A stretch of DNA of 64,000 nt, from IMG/VR virus record IMGVR_UViG_3300044821_000131, positions 140,258 through 204,257 of that record; one strand, written 5' to 3'. The number at the start of each line of letters is the position of its first letter. Position 1 is the stretch's first letter. This document shows positions 58,663 to 64,000 of the stretch, piece after piece. The notes under the pieces were generated by a model that was not told the DNA's origin, searched no databases, and saw only the letters and a program-made list of their open reading frames with translations. A program made the position numbers and the translations under genes.

Positions 58663-59393
58663 GCCGGCTGAGCGTCTTGGTGGCCTGTGAAGAGAGCGGA
58701 ACGGTGCGGGACGCATTTATCGCCCGCGGCCACAATGCTTGGTCCTGTGACTTAAAGCCGTCACTGACGCCAGGACCACATCTGAAAAGTGACGTGGTGC
58801 GCTGGCTAACAGGACAGCCTAGACTTGTTTCAACACTGAAGCCAGTGCCATGGGACCTGCTTATCTGCCACCCTCCGTGCACGTATCTGTGCGGATCGGG
58901 CATGCATTGGACCACCCGCGGTCTGAGAGATCCAAAATTGACGTCCGACGCTATCGAGTTTGCTGAGACTTTGTGGAATTGCGGCATCGAAAAAATATGT
59001 CTGGAGAATCCGGTAGGCGTCCTCAGCACCCGGAGCAATCTGGGTAAGCCGTCCCAGATCATTCAACCTTACGAGTTCGGCGAAGATGCCAGCAAAAAGA
59101 CATGCCTGTGGCTGAAGAATCTTCCGATCTTGGAGTCAACCGAATATTTTGAGCCGAGGATGGTCTGCAAAGCTTGCGGTGGTCATAATGGCTATGCTGC
59201 GGCCTCCCGAGACGGATGTAGACATTGCGGAGCAGAAGCTGCGTTTTTAAGACCCAGGTGGTCCAATCAGACTGACAGCGGACAGAATAAACTTGGACCT
59301 TCGGCCAATCGAGCGGCAGCTCGAGCGCAGACCTATCGGGGAATAGCAAGAGCTATGGCGGAGCAGTGGTCGGAAGATTTAAAGAAAGTGTAG
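58659..59393 (+). CDS. Phage DNA cytosine-5 methyltransferase-like protein
   Basis: VLVACEESGTVRDAF, SCDL, DLLICHPPCTYL (catalytic PC), LENPVG, KKTCLWL. Confidence 0.75.
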   Translation: MSRLSVLVACEESGTVRDAFIARGHNAWSCDLKPSLTPGPHLKSDVVRWLTGQPRLVSTLKPVPWDLLICHPPCTYLCGSGMHWTTRGLRDPKLTSDAIEFAETLWNCGIEKICLENPVGVLSTRSNLGKPSQIIQPYEFGEDASKKTCLWLKNLPILESTEYFEPRMVCKACGGHNGYAAASRDGCRHCGAEAAFLRPRWSNQTDSGQNKLGPSANRAAARAQTYRGIARAMAEQWSEDLKKV

Positions 59394-59403
59394 AATAAAA
59401 TAA

Positions 59404-59432
59404 TTGACACAAAACAGCATCAGGATTAGTGT
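59404..59432 (+). promoter_or_regulatory. Sigma-70-type promoter for the helicase gene
   Basis: TTGACA-17 bp-TAGTGT with an A/T-rich upstream tract. Confidence 0.65.
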
Positions 59433-59440
59433 CAAAACTG

Positions 59441-59571
59441 TCCGGCGAAAATGTGGAGTAAACAGAAGCAGATCCAATCACGATTTTGGTCATCGTGCGA
59501 CGCTGCCTTGCCTCTGTCTTGCCACCTTTCGCCGGGGGATGATCTAGGATCCGCAGCCAACACGATGACCA
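59441..59571 (+). ncRNA. Candidate structured 5' leader with alternative folds
   Basis: Stem 59442-59450/59527-59535; apical hairpin 59479-59497; perfect 11-nt alternative partner at 59561-59571. Confidence 0.45.
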
Positions 59572-59583
59572 TTTTATTTTTGT

Positions 59584-61104
59584 ATGGGTAGTATTACACA
59601 AGACTTTAGACGGGCACCGTTGCCTCCAGATGCGTCCGAAGTACGAAAAGACCACACCGGTATAGAGCGGGAAATCTTCTTCGGCGCCGTAGCCTCCTAC
59701 AATTTTTACAAACTTGTCCGCAATAACGTTTGCCCATACGACGCAGAAAAAAGGACATGCCGACCCGATTTTAGCATCGAGCGCTATAACATCGCGTGGG
59801 CCTTCATTGTCGCGTACTGGCAACGTTTTGAGAATATAACACTTCAGCGCGATCTAAGCATTCCCACCGAGACGCTGTGTGCCTTCGTTATTGATTGTGC
59901 CAACCGTTCCGGCTTGGTCGTGGACGTAGCCAAACAGATCACCGACGAAATCGTCGAAGAAGTCGGCTACACGGCAAATCTTACCTACGAGTCCCTGAAA
60001 GCTCTGGCCGAGAGCTCCGCGTTCAACGAGTGGCTGGAGTCCAGGCTATTGTCGCAGGTTACGGGCACCATTGCGGCGCAGAAGAACTTGGGCTATCTGA
60101 CCATGGACACGTTGGAGGAAGCCGTGGCGAAGGCCCGGAGGGCCATTACACCGGTAAAGAATGACTATTTCGTCAACGGAGCCAACTTCCTCTTCGGTAA
60201 ACGGAAAATACGTCCCAGCGTTCCCATAACGGCATTCCCAAATCTGTCCCGCGCGCTGGGCGGCGGCCTGTTCTGGGGAGAAGCCACAATGGTAGCCGGA
60301 ATCAATGCCGGAGGAAAAACGATAGTTACCATGCAGCTTGCTCGAGACTTTGCCTATCAAAGTATTAATACTGTGGTATTTACTACAGAGCGTAAACCGG
60401 AGGAATTGTTTGTTCGTTCTGTGAGTGAGTTATTGAATGTGGATATAGGCCGTCTCATGACGGTTCCGGCAACGGTGAATCAGGAAGTGGAGATAAATTA
60501 CATTCCAGATTGGGTGTGGTCCCACCCGGGAGATGCTGCGCGCTTGGAGCGAATGTACGATGTCTACAGTCAGCATTTACTGTTCATTGATTGGAGTAAG
60601 GGTCAAGGCGCTACCATAAGCGAGAGTTTTGAACAGGTTATGCAGCAGATAGAACAAACCGGATGGATGCCACAAATAGTGATATTCGACTGGATAGGTG
60701 GAGGATTAGACGTTATCGAGAATAAGGACTGGCTTCGGATGTATTACCAGTCGGCCGCAGACTGCCTGATCAATCATAGCAAACGCACGAACCGACATGT
60801 GATCATGACGGCACAATTGAACAAGGAGAAGGTCAAGCCTAGTACTAACTTTGTGGATATGAGCATGTTATCGGAATGTTTGACGATGACTAACAACTTG
60901 ACCAATTTTATTGGTATTACGGCTAAGCGGGATCAGAATCTGAAACCGGGGGCTGCGACGGTGCAGAAGTTTCAGAATCTGTGTGCGGCCAAAGCGACGC
61001 ACGGGCCAGGTGGCATCATACCGGTGGAGGCACAGTTCAATGTACAAAGGTTTATGGAACGTAACGATGCGGCTGAGAAGATGTTGAAGACTGGGGGTGG
61101 TTAA
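59584..61104 (+). CDS. DnaB-like replicative helicase
   Basis: GEATMVAGINAGGKT Walker A, VVFTTE, VIFDWIG Walker B, MTAQLNK. Confidence 0.88.
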   Translation: MGSITQDFRRAPLPPDASEVRKDHTGIEREIFFGAVASYNFYKLVRNNVCPYDAEKRTCRPDFSIERYNIAWAFIVAYWQRFENITLQRDLSIPTETLCAFVIDCANRSGLVVDVAKQITDEIVEEVGYTANLTYESLKALAESSAFNEWLESRLLSQVTGTIAAQKNLGYLTMDTLEEAVAKARRAITPVKNDYFVNGANFLFGKRKIRPSVPITAFPNLSRALGGGLFWGEATMVAGINAGGKTIVTMQLARDFAYQSINTVVFTTERKPEELFVRSVSELLNVDIGRLMTVPATVNQEVEINYIPDWVWSHPGDAARLERMYDVYSQHLLFIDWSKGQGATISESFEQVMQQIEQTGWMPQIVIFDWIGGGLDVIENKDWLRMYYQSAADCLINHSKRTNRHVIMTAQLNKEKVKPSTNFVDMSMLSECLTMTNNLTNFIGITAKRDQNLKPGAATVQKFQNLCAAKATHGPGGIIPVEAQFNVQRFMERNDAAEKMLKTGGG

Positions 61105-61109
61105 AGAGG

Positions 61110-61141
61110 ACAGGCGCCACGGTGGGGGACCGGGCGCCTGT
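61110..61141 (+). terminator. GC-rich hairpin after the helicase gene, lacking a U-tract
   Basis: acaggcgcc-a-cggt/accg-ggcgcctgt stem with a 5-nt G loop. Confidence 0.4.
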
Positions 61142-61333
61142 GTCGAACGTTAGTTTGAGGACCAAAGGCGCGTCAAAATATTCGGTTATGTCAGACCGAA
61201 CTGGCGAGCACCAACAGTGTCAACGAGTCGCAAACCGGATTCGTGAACAAAATGATGACTAGCGCCATTCTGTCGCGTCAGTGTGAATATGTCGCTAGTG
61301 CGACAATTTGTCAACAGGAATTTAATACGAACG

Positions 61334-61380
61334 ATTTTTCGAAAAATAATTTGACAATGAAAATGAAGATGTCATAGTGA
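61334..61380 (+). promoter_or_regulatory. Perfect 14-bp palindrome plus sigma-70-type promoter
   Basis: atttttcgaaaaat (61334-61347) just upstream of TTGACA (61351), then TG-n-CATAGT / TAGTGA as -10. Confidence 0.6.
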
Positions 61381-61384
61381 TCTC

Positions 61385-61477
61385 GCTTTAGTAAAGTGAC
61401 AACATGAATTTTGTGCCGCCCTGTTGCGTGTAACACTTCTATGTTGTTGCGTTACTAAAGCCCGCAACAGGCGGCGC
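61385..61477 (+). ncRNA. Candidate structured 5' leader with alternative or pseudoknot pairing
   Basis: ~21-bp stem 61385-61405/61441-61461; loop segment 61413-61428 complementary to 61463-61477. Confidence 0.5.
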
Positions 61478-61519
61478 CCTTCTTCAATAAGGTCCACGCC
61501 GTCTTAATTTAATACAATT

Positions 61520-63025
61520 ATGATCGCCGCAATTCAAGACTTCGAGTCGACGCCCGCAACATGTCGCCAGCCAGACAAGGCTCTGCAACTGCCCCAATAT
61601 ATCATGCACGCGACCTTGCAGAGATGCTGTGACCTCCAAGGCCAAGCCACGACACAGGCATTGCACATCAGCTGCCATATCCAAGCATTCAGTAACATTG
61701 CCATACACGAGGTGGCGAAGTATGCCTGGGACCGGCGGCGCGCGGTGCGGGGGCATGGCCAACAGATGAAGCCGCGTCCGGATCGTAAGTACAGATTCAA
61801 ATTGTCCGGGGACGAAATGGCGGTCTATCGCTTCCTGATCAACGTCCATAAGCCGGACAGCCGGAACCACCTCAAGTTTCACAAGCGCTTCAATGTGTAT
61901 GGAAGTTTGGACATGACGTCGGAAGAAATTGCCCGGTATATAAAACTGGAAGTGTATTCTGTTCGCCGGGCCTTGGTGAAACTGGACGCCCTTTGGCTGC
62001 TGGATCGTGTCTTAATTGCGCTAAAGGCGGAGGATGGCCACTATGTGGGCAGCAAGACATTGCTGCATCTGAGGCTGGATCGCCACCTGCAAATGTTTCA
62101 TGAAATTAAGAAGAACCGGGGGGTAGTTACCCCCGAAGAGGATGAGCAAAATCAGGCAGCAAATATGCCGGTTTTTGATGCATCTGGAGATGATAATAAT
62201 GTCAGTTGTAATAATGATATTATGGACCCCTCCTCTTCTCGTTTGGATTCAATCGTCAAGAGTTCTGGGTCCGAAGAGGAAAAAGACAGCGCGGCGCCGC
62301 TGTGCGGCGACCCAAATCTTTTTCCAGAGGGAGTTTTGAAAATAGGGGATGCGACGTTCCAGAAGTTTACAAAGGCCATTGATGACGCATTTCCCGGGCA
62401 ACTCGAAACCCCGGAACAATTGAATCGACTTCGTTACTTGATCCTTCGGACTTCACCTAAAGACCGCATGCAATACGAGGATCTCTGTGCAGTGTTGGAA
62501 TACAACATGGCCAGTTCGGTGAAGAATCTTTTGGATTACTGGTGGGTCATTCTGCACGATCTTCGGGTTGAACAGCTTTCCGCCAAGGACGGTTACGACG
62601 CGGATCGTTATCTTAAAAATTGGAGCGCTGAGGCGTCGGAAGTTAATTTCATCGAGTCGATGAAGGACGCGGTGCAGTTTATCGCCTATCGTAGAATCTT
62701 GGAACCCGGATTAAAAACATACGACGCCGTTTTGGACAGTTACGGAAATCCATTTGGTGCCTTGGCCGCTTGTCTCGAATTGGGTTTGCACAAGAAAATC
62801 GATTACGCTTTTACTGACGAACGGCGTTTTAACCTGCTTATGGACTGGATCAAGGATCCCAGTCATGACTTCGAGTCGCTCATGTTTCGTCAGCATTATC
62901 CTTGGATAATGGAGCGTTTGGGTTTGCCGGAGGCGGATTGGAACACCAAGAAACGGCGGGTACGCAAGGCTTATGAACGGATGCTGAATCTTCGGGCACA
63001 TGCGTCGATATGGCCAAAAAATTAA
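61520..63025 (+). CDS. Putative replication initiator with winged HTH
   Basis: MTSEEIARYIKLEVYSVRRALVKLDALWLL HTH followed by an acidic linker; adjacent to the DnaB-like gene. Confidence 0.5.
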   Translation: MIAAIQDFESTPATCRQPDKALQLPQYIMHATLQRCCDLQGQATTQALHISCHIQAFSNIAIHEVAKYAWDRRRAVRGHGQQMKPRPDRKYRFKLSGDEMAVYRFLINVHKPDSRNHLKFHKRFNVYGSLDMTSEEIARYIKLEVYSVRRALVKLDALWLLDRVLIALKAEDGHYVGSKTLLHLRLDRHLQMFHEIKKNRGVVTPEEDEQNQAANMPVFDASGDDNNVSCNNDIMDPSSSRLDSIVKSSGSEEEKDSAAPLCGDPNLFPEGVLKIGDATFQKFTKAIDDAFPGQLETPEQLNRLRYLILRTSPKDRMQYEDLCAVLEYNMASSVKNLLDYWWVILHDLRVEQLSAKDGYDADRYLKNWSAEASEVNFIESMKDAVQFIAYRRILEPGLKTYDAVLDSYGNPFGALAACLELGLHKKIDYAFTDERRFNLLMDWIKDPSHDFESLMFRQHYPWIMERLGLPEADWNTKKRRVRKAYERMLNLRAHASIWPKN

Positions 63026-63342
63026 CAAGCAAATTACGTTTTCGCACGCGCAAGCATTTGGAGGAGGATTTGAACCACGGTATTTTCTTTCTCGGCCGAT
63101 CGAATGTAGAGTTCGAGTACACGGACGATTGGAGTGTAGTTTGGATATTGAGTCTGGGCGTGGTTAAGGAGTTTCGTCGGCAAGGTTTTGCCACGCAGCT
63201 TTTAACCGAAATATTTAAACGGATGCCAGAGAACGGCTACTTTAATCCCGGGTGGTTCGCTTGCAGTCGTCCGCTGAAATGTGGCTTGGTGCGTGTAATA
63301 ACGCGCCTGAGCCATAAATATAAAGTTAAAATCCATTGGTAA
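63010..63342 (+). CDS. GNAT acetyltransferase-like protein
   Basis: ILSLGVVKEFRRQGFATQLL acetyl-CoA binding motif A. Confidence 0.7.
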   Translation: MAKKLTSKLRFRTRKHLEEDLNHGIFFLGRSNVEFEYTDDWSVVWILSLGVVKEFRRQGFATQLLTEIFKRMPENGYFNPGWFACSRPLKCGLVRVITRLSHKYKVKIHW

Positions 63343-63357
63343 TTAAAAACTGAATTT

Positions 63358-63645
63358 ATGTCAAAAACTGAACGTTTTATTAAAAAATTTCCAAAGTCAG
63401 AAGAGAACGATAATTGCCTTGCTGATTACGCCTGTCCCAAGTGCGGTTCACGTGGTGATTTCGAGGTGGAGGTTTACATTGTCGTTACCATGAGTGATAT
63501 GGGTACTGAATCTGATGGCGGCGATTCTGAGTTTACTGGTCGATACATGAAATGTTGCGCGTGTGCCCATGAAGGCAAGTCGAAGGATTTTTGGCATTTT
63601 GGGCTGGATGACGGTCTAGCGTATAAACGGCAGAATGAAGATTAG
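63358..63645 (+). CDS. Small zinc-ribbon protein
   Basis: CPKCGS and CCAC. Confidence 0.55.
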   Translation: MSKTERFIKKFPKSEENDNCLADYACPKCGSRGDFEVEVYIVVTMSDMGTESDGGDSEFTGRYMKCCACAHEGKSKDFWHFGLDDGLAYKRQNED

Positions 63646-63649
63646 ATTT

Positions 63650-64000
63650 ATGAACCTATATCTAAAAGATTCAGACGGTAATTGGAAATTACACAGCTAC
63701 GAAACGTTATCCGATTTGGCCGGGGAGTTTGCCAAACGTAACATAAAAATCGGCAATCGCGTGGCGATCGGCAGTGACGTGACGATCGGCAATTTCGTGA
63801 AGATCGGCGATTACGTGACGATCGGCAATCGCGTGACGATCGGCAATTTCGTGAAGATCGGCGATTACGTGACGATCGGCGATTACGTGACGATCGGCAA
63901 TCGCGTGGCGATCGGCAATCGCGTGACGATCGGCAATGGCGTGACGATCGACAATTACGTGACGATCGGCGATGACGTGACGATCGGCAATCGCGTGACG
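63650..64000 (+). CDS. Left-handed beta-helix hexapeptide-repeat protein (truncated by window end)
   Basis: Not in the ORF track; reads MNLYLKDS... then IGNRVA IGSDVT IGNFVK IGDYVT... to the window end. Confidence 0.85.
   Translation, partial: MNLYLKDSDGNWKLHSYETLSDLAGEFAKRNIKIGNRVAIGSDVTIGNFVKIGDYVTIGNRVTIGNFVKIGDYVTIGDYVTIGNRVAIGNRVTIGNGVTIDNYVTIGDDVTIGNRVT
63749..64000 (+). repeat. 18-nt tandem repeat, 14 units in the window
   Basis: atcggc(a/g)at...gtg(acg/aag/gcg) units encoding hexapeptides. Confidence 0.9.

Noticed and set aside
61404-61458. Two tiny uORFs (9 and 5 codons) in the initiator leader
   Set aside because: Too short to distinguish from chance, and they do not overlap the downstream start
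62180-62230. Lambda-type iterons inside the initiator-like gene
   Set aside because: Only an AT-rich patch with taataatg twice; no set of 17-22 bp direct repeats
1-64000. CRISPR array or short GGY-NN-type guide array for the RAMP protein
   Set aside because: The intergenic regions (34980-35191, 36010-36176, 43711-43804, 59394-59583, 61105-61519) show no repeat-spacer or period-5 pattern by eye. The only tandem repeats are in-frame coding repeats with periods 9, 18, 57 and 246
1-64000. Stop-codon recoding, or a diversity-generating retroelement
   Set aside because: Known genes (ligA, Rad50, terL, helicases) are full length in the standard code; no reverse transcriptase or template/variable repeat pair was seen

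Overview
The window looks like part of a large tailed-phage genome (contractile tail, myovirus-like). This is inferred from motifs only; no database search was run. About 1-29 kb is a + strand tail/baseplate/fibre operon: tube-like protein, gp5/VgrG-like spike, tape measure, hub, gp25-like and baseplate J-like wedges, a GSGY-repeat protein and two collagen-like fibres, one carrying an SGNH esterase. A sigma-70-family factor sits inside this operon. An FkbM methyltransferase and a GT4 glycosyltransferase follow. Next come a minus-strand primase-like gene with a degenerate active site, small accessory genes, and an isolated minus-strand terminase large subunit. The rest is a replication/recombination region: RNase H, NAD-dependent ligase, Mre11/Rad50, SF2 helicase, DNA cytosine MTase-like protein, DnaB-like helicase and a wHTH initiator-like protein. 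Main leads: (1) a stand-alone RAMP (Cas7/Cas5-like fold) gene with no CRISPR array in the window; (2) a tandem histone-fold doublet; (3) a collagen fibre + methyltransferase + glycosyltransferase cluster suggesting virion glycosylation; (4) two similarly built switch-like leader RNAs upstream of the helicase and initiator genes. No tRNA, rRNA, CRISPR array, integrase or transposase was recognised.
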